Below are positions 1 through 10,458 of a DNA stretch of 64,000 bases, one piece after another. A program made the translations under genes and the position numbers. Origin of the DNA: an uncultured Flavobacteriales bacterium (GTDB lineage: Bacteria; Bacteroidota; Bacteroidia; Flavobacteriales_D; CAJJDF01); contig CAXIAX010000002.1 in NCBI GenBank assembly GCA_964021785.1, forward strand, positions 4,801-68,800, given 5' to 3'. How positions within the stretch are numbered: position 1 is the stretch's first letter; each line of letters begins with the position of its first letter. The notes under the pieces were generated by a model, which worked only from the letters and a program-made list of their open reading frames with translations, was not told the DNA's origin and did not search any database.

Positions 1-605
1 TCATTTATATTGGAATATCCTTCTTTTGATTTAATCAATTCACTAGCATTGATGGCTTTCCCATAACTCACTAGTAAATCTGCTGTTTTGTTTCTCGTGT
101 TAGAGTAATTTAATCCTACCGGAACTACCCAAATATCTTGCTCCGCTTCTGTATCCGCTTGCAAAGCAATTCTCGCAATACCTTTTTTTAGTTGTCTTAA
201 TCTATTCTGATTGTTATGACTTCCTTCCGGAAAAATGATAATTCTACCATTATTACCTAAAATTTCACTACATCTATTGAAAATTTCTATGTTCTTTTCT
301 TTAAAATCTGCTCCATCTCTTTCTCTATAAATAGGTAACATATTCATTGAGTAAAGAATTTTTGCAATGGCAGGTTTTTTAAATACATCCGATTTAGTAA
401 GAAAAAATACAGGATACCTATTGGTAGTAGCAATTACGATAGGATCTATCAAAGAGTTTTGATGATTCACAGCAAATATTACCGGTTTGTTTTTAGGAAT
501 ATTACTTAAGCCTTGGCGTGTTACACGTTTGTAATATCCTTGCTTGGTAAACCAAACTAGAATAAATCCCACTACATAAGTTGGAGTCCAATTTTTAACT
601 CTCAT
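1..605 (-). CDS. Lysophospholipid/glycerol-3-phosphate acyltransferase family protein (PlsC-like). The 3' end is cut by the window edge.
   Basis: Not in the ORF track because it runs off the window. My translation from ATG (complement of 603-605) gives MRVKNWTPTYVVGF...VIFAVNHQNSLIDP...IIIFPEGSHNN. These are acyltransferase-type NHxxxxxD and FPEG motifs. Confidence 0.7.
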   Translation of the reverse strand, partial: MRVKNWTPTYVVGFILVWFTKQGYYKRVTRQGLSNIPKNKPVIFAVNHQNSLIDPIVIATTNRYPVFFLTKSDVFKKPAIAKILYSMNMLPIYRERDGADFKEKNIEIFNRCSEILGNNGRIIIFPEGSHNNQNRLRQLKKGIARIALQADTEAEQDIWVVPVGLNYSNTRNKTADLLVSYGKAINASELIKSKEGYSNIN

Positions 606-684
606 CTACTAATTTGTTAAATAAAATACTGTAATCATCTCTAAACTTAAATATAAGGTAAAATTCAATCTAAACTACTTATAA

Positions 685-720
685 ACTAAAAAAACCGCTC
701 CAATTTAAAGGAACGGTTTT
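685..720 (-). terminator. Rho-independent terminator downstream of nqrF
   Basis: Hairpin aaccgctcc/ggaacggtt (8 bp, 1 mismatch, 8-nt loop), followed on the minus strand by a T-run. It lies between the nqrF stop (741) and the next gene start (605). Confidence 0.6.
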
Positions 721-740
721 TAAAAATTTAATCTTAGAAT

Positions 741-2042
741 TTATCCTCCAAAATCATCAAATCTTACATTTTCATCTGGAACTCCCCAATCATCACACAT
801 TTTGATAACTGCTTGGTTCATCATTGGTGGACCACAGAAATAAAACTCAATATCTTCTGGTGAATCATGTTTCTCTAAATATTGTTCGATAACTGCATTA
901 TGAACAAATCCTACGAAACCATCTCCTTCTTCATCATGAATATCTTTCTTTTCTTTCCAGTTATCTTCTGGTAACATATCTGAAAGTACTAAATAGAATT
1001 TGAAGTTTGGAAATTCTTTTTCTAGATCTCTAAAATAGTGAATGTAGAATAATTCCGCTTTACTTCTTCCTCCGTACCAATATGTTACTTTTCTTCCTGT
1101 TTTTATCGTTTTGAACAACTCATACAAGTGAGATCTCATTGGTGCCATTCCTGCTCCTCCTCCTACGTATAGCATTTCTGCATCCGAGTCATTGATAAAG
1201 AATTCTCCGTAAGGTCCTGAAATAGTTACTTTATCTCCTACTTTTTGGTTAAAGATATAAGATGATGCAACACCAGGATTAACTTTCATCCATCCTCCTG
1301 CTACTCTATCAAATGGTGGCGTAGCGATACGTACATTCAACATAATCTTTCTTCCTTCTGCAGGGTAAGAAGCCATTGAATAAGCTCTTACTACTTCTTC
1401 TTTGTTTTCCATTACTAATGGCCACAATCCAAATTTTTCCCAGTCTGCCTTAAATTTATCAGGCTCGCCTGGATGATCTTGAGGATGTGCCTCAATATCC
1501 ATGTCTTTGTAGTTAATTGTACATGGTGGAATCTTAATCTGGATATACCCTCCAGCTTTATAATCCATATCTTCTGGAATCTCAACTATAAATTCTTTAA
1601 TAAAAGTGGCTACATTAAAGTTTGAAGATACTGTAGCTTCCCATTCTTTAATACCAAGAATTTCTTCTTCAATCTCAATCTCCATGTTTTCTTTTACCTT
1701 CACCTGACAACCCAATCTGTGATTAGTTGCTATTTCTTTTCTTGTAAAAGAAGGTGTTTCTGTAGGTAGAATTGCTCCTCCTCCTTCGTGTACTTGACAT
1801 ACACATTGTGCACATGTTCCACCTCCACCACAAGCTGATGGTAAGAAAATTCCTTGGTTACCTAGAGTACTCAAAAGAGTGTCTCCCCCATTTACTTCTA
1901 TAACTCTTTCTCCACCATTAATGTTAATGGTTATCTTTCCTGAAGGTGATAATTTTGCTTTTGCAAAAAGCAACATCAAAACCAAGACAAGAATTACAAG
2001 TAAAAATACTACTATCGTTATTGCGACTACTTTAATATCCAT
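741..2042 (-). CDS. nqrF: Na+-translocating NADH:quinone oxidoreductase subunit F
   Basis: 433 aa with an N-terminal TM helix, a 2Fe-2S ferredoxin Cys cluster (CGGGGTCAQC) and an FAD/NADH-binding half (RAYSMAS, GGGAGMAPM). Last gene of a collinear nqrABCDEF block. Confidence 0.95.
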   Translation of the reverse strand: MDIKVVAITIVVFLLVILVLVLMLLFAKAKLSPSGKITININGGERVIEVNGGDTLLSTLGNQGIFLPSACGGGGTCAQCVCQVHEGGGAILPTETPSFTRKEIATNHRLGCQVKVKENMEIEIEEEILGIKEWEATVSSNFNVATFIKEFIVEIPEDMDYKAGGYIQIKIPPCTINYKDMDIEAHPQDHPGEPDKFKADWEKFGLWPLVMENKEEVVRAYSMASYPAEGRKIMLNVRIATPPFDRVAGGWMKVNPGVASSYIFNQKVGDKVTISGPYGEFFINDSDAEMLYVGGGAGMAPMRSHLYELFKTIKTGRKVTYWYGGRSKAELFYIHYFRDLEKEFPNFKFYLVLSDMLPEDNWKEKKDIHDEEGDGFVGFVHNAVIEQYLEKHDSPEDIEFYFCGPPMMNQAVIKMCDDWGVPDENVRFDDFGG

Positions 2043-2050
2043 AATTTGTT

Positions 2051-2665
2051 TTATATATTAAATCCTAAAAATCCTAAAAATGCTAACCCCATTAGCCCTG
2101 TCAAAATAAATGCCATTCCTACTCCTCTTAAAGGTGCTGGAACGTGAGAATATTTAATTTTTTCTCTAATAGCTGCTAACAATACAATTGCTACAAACCA
2201 TCCAAATCCTGATCCTAATCCATATATCGTAGCATGACCTACTGATGGAAAGTTCTTTTGTTGCATAAACAATGATCCCCCAAGAATTGCACAGTTTACT
2301 GCAATAAGTGGTAAGAAGATTCCTAGTGCTCCATAAAGTGCTGGAGAGAATTTCTCTACCAACATTTCTACCAATTGTACAATAGATGCAATTACTGCGA
2401 TAAACATGATGAAACTTAAGAAACTTAAATCAACATCTGCATACTCTGCACCTAACCAAGCCAAAGCGCCATCCTTAAGGATATATGACTCTAATAAATA
2501 ATTGACTGGTACTGTTACAACCAATACAAATATTACAGCTAATCCTAATCCAAAAGCTGTTTTTACCGTTTTTGATACAGCTAAGTAAGAACACATTCCG
2601 AAGAAGAACGTGAATACCATGTTGTCAACAAAAGCTGCTCTAATAAATAATTTAAATAATTCCAT
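2051..2665 (-). CDS. nqrE: Na+-translocating NADH:quinone oxidoreductase subunit E
   Basis: 204-aa polytopic membrane protein of NqrE/RnfA type, at the expected position between nqrD and nqrF. Confidence 0.92.
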   Translation of the reverse strand: MELFKLFIRAAFVDNMVFTFFFGMCSYLAVSKTVKTAFGLGLAVIFVLVVTVPVNYLLESYILKDGALAWLGAEYADVDLSFLSFIMFIAVIASIVQLVEMLVEKFSPALYGALGIFLPLIAVNCAILGGSLFMQQKNFPSVGHATIYGLGSGFGWFVAIVLLAAIREKIKYSHVPAPLRGVGMAFILTGLMGLAFLGFLGFNI

Positions 2666-2696
2666 TTTTTATATATTAATTCTTTTTGTGTTCTAT

Positions 2697-3359
2697 TTAG
2701 TTTTCTTCAATTAGACTTGGTGTTTTACTTTTTTGAACCCAAATGTAAAGTGCTACCAAAATCAAAGATGAAGGAGGTAATAACATCAATCCATTATCTT
2801 CATATCCTATAGAATATAATCCTGTTTTTTCTATACTGTCTCCAAATACAGGGAATCCAAATACACTTCCTGATCCAAATAATTCTTTGAAGAAAGCAAC
2901 TACCATTAAGATTAATCCATATCCTAATCCGTTTCCTAATCCATCTAGTACTGATCCCCATGGTTTGTTACCAAGAGCATATGCTTCTAGTCTTCCCATA
3001 ATAATACAGTTGGTAATAATCAATCCTACAAATACAGATAAAGATTTAGAAACATCATATACAAATGCTTTCAAAACTTGATCTACTATAATTACAAGTG
3101 CTGCTACAATTACTAATTGTACAATAATCTTGATTTTTGTAGGAATCATATTTCTCATTAATGAAACTATTAAGTTTCCTAAGATCAATACAAACATTAC
3201 CGCTATAGACATTACAAAGGCATTATCCATTTGTACTGTTACTGCCAATGCAGAACAAATTCCTAATACTTGAATAGTAACAGGGTTGTTAAGGTTTAGT
3301 GGATCCGATATTAATTTTTTATTCTTTTTTGAGAACAAAGCTTCTTTTGTTTCAGACAT
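2697..3359 (-). CDS. nqrD: Na+-translocating NADH:quinone oxidoreductase subunit D
   Basis: 220-aa polytopic membrane protein of NqrD/RnfE type (NPVTIQVLGICSALAVT), in operon position. Confidence 0.92.
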   Translation of the reverse strand: MSETKEALFSKKNKKLISDPLNLNNPVTIQVLGICSALAVTVQMDNAFVMSIAVMFVLILGNLIVSLMRNMIPTKIKIIVQLVIVAALVIIVDQVLKAFVYDVSKSLSVFVGLIITNCIIMGRLEAYALGNKPWGSVLDGLGNGLGYGLILMVVAFFKELFGSGSVFGFPVFGDSIEKTGLYSIGYEDNGLMLLPPSSLILVALYIWVQKSKTPSLIEEN

Positions 3360-3385
3360 ATCTTTTGTTTTTATTCTTTAAAAAA

Positions 3386-4306
3386 TTAGTTATTTGCCAA
3401 TATAGCGTTAGTATCAATTACTAATTGAGCCATAGAATCTAAATAAGTAGAATCCATCATAGATGAATCAGTTACGTTTTCTATTACTGCTGGTGCTTCT
3501 ACTCTATTATTTTCAAAGTATTTGTTGTAAACAGACAATGATCTTTTCATCATTTCTTCTACTCCTACTGCTGTAAATGTAGCTCCACTTAATCCTGCAA
3601 CTTCATATTCTTTACGTTCGTTACCTGGCTTAATCACTTTTATTGGTCTGTATTCGTTTTCTTCATTAGTAATTACTTTACCTACGAAATCATTGTTAAA
3701 TACAGCTTCTGTCATTTTTGATCCTAAACCTGGAGTTTCTCCCTTGTGGTCAAATACAGTTCCGTTAATTGTTCTTCCGTCTTCTCTCAATGAAATATAT
3801 CCCCAGATATCATCCCAAAGTCCTTTTCCACTGAAATATGTGATGTAAAATGTTTCACCATCTTTCTCACACACAAACATTGGATAAGTAATTCCTGCTT
3901 CTTTCAATCCTGCTTCATATTCTGCACCTCCTTCTGGGAATTTTTTCATTAATCCAGTTAAGTTGTTGTAATACTTTCTTACGTCTACATTAAAAGCATC
4001 CAATTCATTTTTATCTTTAATTGGGTCTGCACTAGATAATTCAGAAATTACATTTCCGTCATAATCCAATACTATTCTCTTTGTAATGTAATCGTTAAAT
4101 ATTGCTCCAGCTTCGTCTCTTGTTACAGATTTTGTTTCATCAATACCAATTGACTGAAGAATATTTTGCATTTTCTCATTCTTCACGTTTTCTTGTTGAA
4201 TTGGCTTAAGAGATGAGGCTATGTATGCCAATAATCCTCCTACTACAACTACCATTATAATTGCAAAGATTAAAGTATATCCGTTTCCTTCTTTATTTAT
4301 ACTCAT
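3386..4306 (-). CDS. nqrC: Na+-translocating NADH:quinone oxidoreductase subunit C
   Basis: 306 aa with a single N-terminal TM helix and an FMN-attachment-type motif (LSGATFT), in operon position. It carries a C-terminal tail beyond the FMN domain. Confidence 0.85.
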   Translation of the reverse strand: MSINKEGNGYTLIFAIIMVVVVGGLLAYIASSLKPIQQENVKNEKMQNILQSIGIDETKSVTRDEAGAIFNDYITKRIVLDYDGNVISELSSADPIKDKNELDAFNVDVRKYYNNLTGLMKKFPEGGAEYEAGLKEAGITYPMFVCEKDGETFYITYFSGKGLWDDIWGYISLREDGRTINGTVFDHKGETPGLGSKMTEAVFNNDFVGKVITNEENEYRPIKVIKPGNERKEYEVAGLSGATFTAVGVEEMMKRSLSVYNKYFENNRVEAPAVIENVTDSSMMDSTYLDSMAQLVIDTNAILANN

Positions 4307-4330
4307 TGTAATTTTTTTTTAAATTGAAAA

Positions 4331-5533
4331 TTAAGCTGATGCTTTAGCTAGTCTTTTTTCTCTTTTTTTAATGTTTGAATTAATTACCATGTGGTCAATT
4401 AAAGGTGCTGTTACGTTTGCAATTAATATCGCAAGCATTACTCCTTCTGGATAAGCTGGGTTTGCAACTCTAATAAGAATTGCTAAAAATCCTGCTAAAA
4501 ATCCATAAAACCATTTTCCTTTGCTTGTTTGTGAAGCTGTTACTGGATCAGTAATCATAAATACCATCCCGAACATAAATCCTCCTAATAACAATTGGTG
4601 AATTGCTGGCAACTGCATATATGCATTGTCTCCTGCAACTAAATTGAAGATAGAAGCCATTACAAATCCTCCTAAGAAGAATGAAACAACTATTCTCCAA
4701 CTAGCGATTCTTGTTAGTAACAAAAATCCTAATCCTATTAAAATAGCGATTGTAGAAGTTTCTCCTATAGATCCTAAATAATCACCAGTTAATGCTCTAG
4801 CCATTGTAATTCCATTTGTAGTGAAATCTGTAATACTTTCGTAAGCTGGGTTATCTGTAGTCATAGAAGCTAATTCTCCTAAAGGTGTTGCTCCTGTATA
4901 TCCATCAGCAATTTTTACTGCTGCATCTGCTTTAGCTGCACCAAATCCTGAAGTCCATACTGTATTACCAGACATAGAAGTTGGGTGAGCAAAGAATAAG
5001 AAAGCTCTTGTTGTTAAGGCTACATTCACTACGTTCATTCCTGTTCCTCCAAATACCTCTTTTCCTATTACTACACCAAAAACAACTGCTACTGCCACCA
5101 TCCAAAGTGGAGTATCTACTGGCATAATCAATGGAATTAACATTCCCGACACTAAGTATCCTTCGTGTAATGAGTGTCCTTTTATTATTCCAAAAATGAA
5201 CTCTACTGCTAATCCTACTCCGTAAGATACGGCTACGATTGGCAATACTCTTAATGCTCCGTGTAAAAACTTGTCTCCAAATTCTGCAGATTCACCCAAC
5301 ATAACAAAATGTTGTTCTCCTACATTCCACATTCCAAAAAGTAAACAAGGAACCATTGCCAAGATTACGAACATCATTGTTCTTTTCAAATCTACTGCAT
5401 CTCTAATGTGAGCTCCAGATTTTGTTGTATGATTTGGCGTAAAAAGTATCGTGTCAAATGACTCCACCAAAGGATGCCACTTGTGACCCACTTTTTCATA
5501 CTGTTTATCGAAAAAATTTCTTAAAAATTTCAT
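4331..5533 (-). CDS. nqrB: Na+-translocating NADH:quinone oxidoreductase subunit B
   Basis: 400-aa polytopic membrane protein with a YTGATPLG flavinylation-type motif, in operon position. Confidence 0.92.
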   Translation of the reverse strand: MKFLRNFFDKQYEKVGHKWHPLVESFDTILFTPNHTTKSGAHIRDAVDLKRTMMFVILAMVPCLLFGMWNVGEQHFVMLGESAEFGDKFLHGALRVLPIVAVSYGVGLAVEFIFGIIKGHSLHEGYLVSGMLIPLIMPVDTPLWMVAVAVVFGVVIGKEVFGGTGMNVVNVALTTRAFLFFAHPTSMSGNTVWTSGFGAAKADAAVKIADGYTGATPLGELASMTTDNPAYESITDFTTNGITMARALTGDYLGSIGETSTIAILIGLGFLLLTRIASWRIVVSFFLGGFVMASIFNLVAGDNAYMQLPAIHQLLLGGFMFGMVFMITDPVTASQTSKGKWFYGFLAGFLAILIRVANPAYPEGVMLAILIANVTAPLIDHMVINSNIKKREKRLAKASA

Positions 5534-5567
5534 ATTATTTTATAAGGTTTATTAATAGAATAAAGAG

Positions 5568-6908
5568 TTACATACACTCTTCCTCAATTACTTTTAATCC
5601 GTCTCTAATTATTTGCTGAGAATTTATCTTTGAAGTACATACAAATTCACACAAGGCAAAATCTTCTGGAGCTACTTCGTAGATCCCAAGTTTTTCCATC
5701 TTGTCGATATCGTTTGTAATTACTGCTTTTAATAATTGTACTGGGTAAATATCAAAAGGGAATACCTTTTCATATTGTCCTGACATTACAAATGCTCTTT
5801 CTTCTCCGTTAGTATTCGTATCAATATCGTATGCTTTTTTTGGAAGCAAACTAGATAAGAATGTTTGAGAATTAGATAATTTAGTAAATCCTGGAGCCAT
5901 CCATCCTTCTGTGAAAGAGAATTTATGTTGATCTCCTTCTGGAATTACTGTTACTTGATTTTCGTAAAATCCTAAGAATCCTTCTTTACCAACATTTTCA
6001 CCTGTCAATAAGTTTCCTGAGATATACCTTACGTTTTCAGAACTGATTTTTCCTTCTACCAAATCAGCCATTTTTGCTCCTGATACTAATCTGTAGTATG
6101 CTGGCGCTTTAACTTCCGACCCAGTCAATGCAACTACCTTAGTTGTATCAATTGTTCCTTTAGTCATTAAGGTTCCAATTCTTGCTACATCTACTGCATT
6201 AATTGTCCACACAGTTTCTCCTTTATTAATAGGAGCAATTGCATGAATTTGTGTTCCCACATTTCCTGCCGGATGTTTGCTATTGATAGTATGTAATTCA
6301 ATTCCTGTTACTCCAGAAAAAATACTTGTGTTTTTTCCTGCAGCTTCAATTGTTACATTTACTTTTCCTTTAGTCAATTTAGCCAAAGCATCAAATCCTG
6401 CTTGTAACTCAGATTTTTTATCCTTAAGGATATATTCATAATCTGGAGCTAATGGAGCCGAATCAAAACCTGACACGTAGATAGCAAGAGGTGATTTATT
6501 ATAATCTGCCACTATATCCAACGGTCTTTGCTTTATGCAAGGCCACAATCCACTTTTAAGAATTGTTTCTTTTGTATCTCCACTAGTGTCTATCGATTCA
6601 AAAGTAAAATCTTTGTCTGCTTTTATAAGCACTTCCAAGATTTTTCTCTTCGCTCCTCTTACCACACCTTCTATCTCTCCACTTACTGGCGACACATAAT
6701 TTATGGCCTCACGGTATTTGTCATGAAATATAGGTGTTCCTACTTTTACTTTATCTCCAACCTTTACAACCATTTTAGGTGTAAGTGATGGGAAATCAGC
6801 AGGTTTTACAGAGTAGTGAGATGAGTTTGAAACTTCACTAATTGTTAATTCGGGTTTCCCCTTTACTTTAAGGTCTAGACCTTTTTTAATTTTTATAGCT
6901 TTTGCCAT
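5568..6908 (-). CDS. nqrA: Na+-translocating NADH:quinone oxidoreductase subunit A
   Basis: 446-aa soluble protein and first gene of the nqr block. The N-terminus MAKAIKIKKGLDLKVKG is typical of NqrA. Confidence 0.92.
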   Translation of the reverse strand: MAKAIKIKKGLDLKVKGKPELTISEVSNSSHYSVKPADFPSLTPKMVVKVGDKVKVGTPIFHDKYREAINYVSPVSGEIEGVVRGAKRKILEVLIKADKDFTFESIDTSGDTKETILKSGLWPCIKQRPLDIVADYNKSPLAIYVSGFDSAPLAPDYEYILKDKKSELQAGFDALAKLTKGKVNVTIEAAGKNTSIFSGVTGIELHTINSKHPAGNVGTQIHAIAPINKGETVWTINAVDVARIGTLMTKGTIDTTKVVALTGSEVKAPAYYRLVSGAKMADLVEGKISSENVRYISGNLLTGENVGKEGFLGFYENQVTVIPEGDQHKFSFTEGWMAPGFTKLSNSQTFLSSLLPKKAYDIDTNTNGEERAFVMSGQYEKVFPFDIYPVQLLKAVITNDIDKMEKLGIYEVAPEDFALCEFVCTSKINSQQIIRDGLKVIEEECM

Positions 6909-6933
6909 TTGATGTAATTCTACATTTAGAATG

Positions 6934-6941
6934 CAAACTTA
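6934..6941 (-). promoter_or_regulatory. Candidate Bacteroidota -7 promoter box (TAAGTTTG) for the nqr operon
   Basis: The plus strand reads caaactta, which is TAAGTTTG on the minus strand and matches TAnnTTTG. It sits about 26 nt upstream of the nqrA ATG. Confidence 0.35.
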
Positions 6942-7090
6942 TGAAAAGGAAAAATTATTTAATAATTCTTACCCCTATTTTTTGCTCTGTCACTACAACA
7001 TTTGCCTATTTATAATCAATCTAAATAAGAAGAATTCATATTTGTGGATTAATCTTAATTTGGATTAAAGAATCTAAACAAACAATTGTA

Positions 7091-7098
7091 TATATTTG
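7091..7098 (+). promoter_or_regulatory. Candidate -7 promoter box (TATATTTG) for the CBS-type synthase gene
   Basis: Matches TAnnTTTG, 35 nt upstream of the ATG at 7133. Confidence 0.35.
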
Positions 7099-7132
7099 CA
7101 AAATATTAAACAGAAAGACACCCAAAAATCCT

Positions 7133-8488
7133 ATGAAATACTACAATAATATTCTTGAAACCATTGGAAACACTCCTTTAGTTAAACTTAATGTATTAAC
7201 TAAAGAAATTGATGCATTGGTATTGGCTAAAGTTGAAACTACTAATCCAGGAAACTCTGTAAAAGACAGAATGGCCTTGAAAATGATTGAGGATGCTGAG
7301 AAAAATGGAAACCTTAAACCTGGTGGAACACTTATAGAAGGTACTTCTGGTAATACTGGTATGGGACTTGCCTTGGCTTGTATCATTAAAGGATATAAAT
7401 TAATATGCGTATTGAGCGACAAGCAATCCAAAGAGAAAATGGATATCTTGAGAGCTGTAGGTGCCGAAGTTGTAGTTTGTCCGACTAACGTAGATGCAGA
7501 TGACCCAAGGTCTTATTATAGTGTATCAAAAAGATTGGCTGAAGAAACACCAAATAGCTGGTACGTGAACCAATACGATAACTTATCGAACAGAGCTGCT
7601 CATTACGAAAGTACTGGTCCAGAGATTTGGGAACAAACTGAAGGAAAAATCACTCACTTTGTTGTTGGTGTTGGTACTGGAGGAACTATTTCTGGAGTTG
7701 GGAAATATTTGAAAGAAAAAAATCCAGACATAAAAATTATTGGAATAGATACGTATGGTTCGGTATTTAAAAAATACCACGAAACTGGAATTTTTGACGA
7801 AGCAGAAATATACCCTTATATAACGGAAGGAATTGGGGAAGATATTTTACCAAAAAACGTAGACTTTAGTGTTATTGATCATTTTGAGAAAGTAACGGAT
7901 AAAGATGCTGCAATCATGACACCAAGAATTGCCAAAGAAGAAGGGATTTTTGTTGGAAACTCTGCAGGTTCTGCGGTAAAAGGAATGTTGCAAATGAAAC
8001 ACATGTTCAAGAAAGATGATGTGGTTGTTGTACTGTTTCATGACCACGGAAGTAGATACGTAGGTAAATTCTTTAACCAAGACTGGATGAAAGAAAGAGG
8101 ATTTGTAGAAAACAAAGAAACTACGGCTCAAGACATCATTAGCACAGAAGGAAACTTAGTGATAGCAAATCATGACGAATCAATTAGTTCTGTAGTTGAG
8201 AAAATGGCTAGATTTAGTATTTCTCAATTTCCTGTATTCAATGGAAAAGAAATTGTAGGTTCTATTAGCGAAACTAATATTATCAATCATTTATTCAACA
8301 GCCCTGATGCAAAGAGAGACAGCATAGAGTCTATTCTTTCTCCTGCTTTTCCTGTAGTGGCATTGAACACAAAAATGGAAGACATATCTAAAATGATTAC
8401 CAAAGAAAATGCAGCTGTAATGGTACAAAATGAAGATGATTCTTACAGCATTATTACTAAACAAGACTTGATAAAAGCAATATCATAA
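7133..8488 (+). CDS. PLP-dependent cysteine synthase / cystathionine beta-synthase with a C-terminal tandem CBS-domain pair
   Basis: 451 aa with the PLP-lysine motif NPGNSVKDR and the GTSGNTG and GVGTGGTISG loops. The C-terminal ~120 aa has a CBS-pair pattern. Confidence 0.85.
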   Translation: MKYYNNILETIGNTPLVKLNVLTKEIDALVLAKVETTNPGNSVKDRMALKMIEDAEKNGNLKPGGTLIEGTSGNTGMGLALACIIKGYKLICVLSDKQSKEKMDILRAVGAEVVVCPTNVDADDPRSYYSVSKRLAEETPNSWYVNQYDNLSNRAAHYESTGPEIWEQTEGKITHFVVGVGTGGTISGVGKYLKEKNPDIKIIGIDTYGSVFKKYHETGIFDEAEIYPYITEGIGEDILPKNVDFSVIDHFEKVTDKDAAIMTPRIAKEEGIFVGNSAGSAVKGMLQMKHMFKKDDVVVVLFHDHGSRYVGKFFNQDWMKERGFVENKETTAQDIISTEGNLVIANHDESISSVVEKMARFSISQFPVFNGKEIVGSISETNIINHLFNSPDAKRDSIESILSPAFPVVALNTKMEDISKMITKENAAVMVQNEDDSYSIITKQDLIKAIS

Positions 8489-8492
8489 TAAT

Positions 8493-10295
8493 TTGAGCGA
8501 AACAAAAAATATAAGCCTACTGAAAAGAATTATGGTTTTTCAGAAACCATATAAATTGATGTTTTGGCTAACCGTTTCTGGTACCATACTAAATTCAATT
8601 TTAGCACCCATAAGACCCATTATTATTGGTTTTATGATAGATAAATTTGTAATGAAATCATCTAGTTTCAAAGGGGCCTCTGGCCTGCTAGATGATTTCA
8701 ATACTTCTTTAGCGCCAGATAACGGATTTTTGTATTGGACAATTGTGGCTTTGGGTACTGTGATTATTGAAGCTCTTTTGAGGTTTGCAACCGTGTATTA
8801 CACCAATTTAATTGGACAAAACATTATTGCAGATATTCGTGAGAAACTATTCAATCACATTATCCAATTCAAAACTCAATATTTTGACAAAAACCCAATA
8901 GGGAAATTGGTTACTAGATTAGTTTCTGATGTAGAAGCGGCTTCCGAAATTTTCTCTAACGGGATTATTACCATAGCCGGAGATTTACTTGGGCTTATTC
9001 TTGTTATTACCTTTATGTTTATAGAAAACTGGGTATTTGCCCTTATGATTCTATTGCCTCTTCCCCTCCTATTTTGGGCAACCAATATTTTTAAAAATGC
9101 GATCAAAAAAGCCTACCAACTAGAAAGTTCGCAGGTATCTAAACTGAATACGTTTGTACAAGAAAGAATTACAGGAATGAGTATTCTTCAACTTTTTTCT
9201 CGTGAACAAAATGAATACAAGGAATTTACAGAAATAAACAAAGGGCACAGAAACGCACACATTAAGTCCGTTTGGGCCTATTCTATCTTCTTTCCTGTGG
9301 TAGAGATTTTGAGCTCCATTTCTATTGCTTTTGTAATCTTTTATGCCTCTTATCAAATAATAGATCGCCCAATAGATGAGGCCAGTACAGGACAATTAAT
9401 TGCATTTATTCTTTGGGTAAATATGCTGTACAGACCTATTAGAATGCTTGCCGATAAATTTAATGTGATACAAAGAGGATTGGTGAGAGCCAAAAATATT
9501 TTTGAAGTTTTGGATGATAACCAAATTATTAACTCCAAAAGTGAAGGTCCTACCAACACAACTTTTAAAGGAGAAGTTTCATTTAAAAACGTGTGGTTTG
9601 CCTACAATGATCCCGATTATATCTTAAAAGATATTTCTTTTGATATTGCAGCAGGACAAACTGTAGCATTTGTAGGAGCTACTGGTGCAGGGAAATCTAG
9701 TATTATCAATATCTTGAGCCGTTTTTATGAATACCAAAAAGGAAGCATAACGGTTGATGGAAAAGATTTGAGAGAGCTCACGCTTGAAGACATCAGACAA
9801 AACATTGCTGTTGTATTGCAAGATGTATTTTTATTTTCAGATTCTATCTTGAACAACATCACCCTAAAAGATCCTACTATTACCAGAGAACAAGTGATAG
9901 AAGCTTCCAAATTTGTAGGGTTACATGATTTTATCATGAAATTGCCAGGAGATTACGATTACAATGTAAAAGAAAGAGGTGCAGCATTATCTACAGGGCA
10001 AAGGCAATTAATTTCGTTTGTGAGAGCTTATGTTTACAACCCTAAGATTCTTATTTTGGACGAAGCCACTTCTAGTATCGATACCGAAACAGAAGAACTT
10101 ATTCAAACTGCCATTGAGAAACTAACCAAGGGAAGAACTTCTATTTTGGTTGCTCACAGATTATCTACCATTAAAAATGCAGATAAAATCATTGTACTGG
10201 ACAAAGGAAAACTAATGGAACAAGGAAACCACGAAGAGCTTCTTGCTCAGAATGGTATCTACAAGAATTTATACGAAATTCAGTTTGAGGATTAA
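8493..10295 (+). CDS. ABC transporter, fused permease/ATPase (MsbA-like exporter)
   Basis: 600 aa with a six-TM N-terminal half, Walker A GATGAGKSS, signature LSTGQRQ and Walker B ILILDEATS. The start is TTG at 8493; an alternative ATG lies at 8532. Confidence 0.9.
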   Translation: MSETKNISLLKRIMVFQKPYKLMFWLTVSGTILNSILAPIRPIIIGFMIDKFVMKSSSFKGASGLLDDFNTSLAPDNGFLYWTIVALGTVIIEALLRFATVYYTNLIGQNIIADIREKLFNHIIQFKTQYFDKNPIGKLVTRLVSDVEAASEIFSNGIITIAGDLLGLILVITFMFIENWVFALMILLPLPLLFWATNIFKNAIKKAYQLESSQVSKLNTFVQERITGMSILQLFSREQNEYKEFTEINKGHRNAHIKSVWAYSIFFPVVEILSSISIAFVIFYASYQIIDRPIDEASTGQLIAFILWVNMLYRPIRMLADKFNVIQRGLVRAKNIFEVLDDNQIINSKSEGPTNTTFKGEVSFKNVWFAYNDPDYILKDISFDIAAGQTVAFVGATGAGKSSIINILSRFYEYQKGSITVDGKDLRELTLEDIRQNIAVVLQDVFLFSDSILNNITLKDPTITREQVIEASKFVGLHDFIMKLPGDYDYNVKERGAALSTGQRQLISFVRAYVYNPKILILDEATSSIDTETEELIQTAIEKLTKGRTSILVAHRLSTIKNADKIIVLDKGKLMEQGNHEELLAQNGIYKNLYEIQFED

Positions 10296-10310
10296 GCATT
10301 TATCCTAATC

Positions 10311-10420
10311 CCTCTCCTCTTACTTTTCTTCATTTTCTAACGAATTTCACTACCCATTCGCCAAATTATTCTGTCTTTTTGGGAACTATAATTTAGTGGA
10401 AACCTCTATATTCGTTTTAG
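10311..10420 (+). repeat. Copy 1 of a ~108-bp intergenic element (95 bp perfect core at 10324-10418); attC-like candidate
   Basis: Positions 10324-10418 are identical base for base to 12410-12504. The element begins TTCTAAC (10335-10341) and ends GTTTTAG (10414-10420). The outer stem AACGAAT/ATTCGTT plus the inner pairs TTCAC/GTGGA and CCAAA/TTTGG give an imperfect ~85-nt hairpin. Confidence 0.8.
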
Positions 10421-10444
10421 AACAAAAAACTAATTAGAATTTAT

Positions 10445-10458
10445 TTTAGTTAACTAAA
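10445..10458. promoter_or_regulatory. 14-bp perfect palindrome TTTAGTTAACTAAA upstream of the WYL regulator gene (candidate operator)
   Basis: The palindrome is read directly from the sequence. It lies 51 nt upstream of the ATG at 10509. Confidence 0.3.

Noticed and set aside
1879-10000. Numerous 60-100-aa ORFs antisense to or out of frame with nqr, the CBS-type synthase and ABC-exporter genes. Examples: 1879..2061, 2887..3081, 6528..6788, 7141..7431, 7583..7780, 7847..8131, 8876..9106, 9120..9395, 9353..9559, 9624..9821 and 9725..9937.
   Set aside because: Each lies entirely within a longer ORF with strong family motifs and has low-complexity or stop-avoidance composition. The same reasoning applies to the analogous short ORFs inside lon, rpsA, pyrB/pyrR, ftsK, the CoA-transferase and others later in the window.
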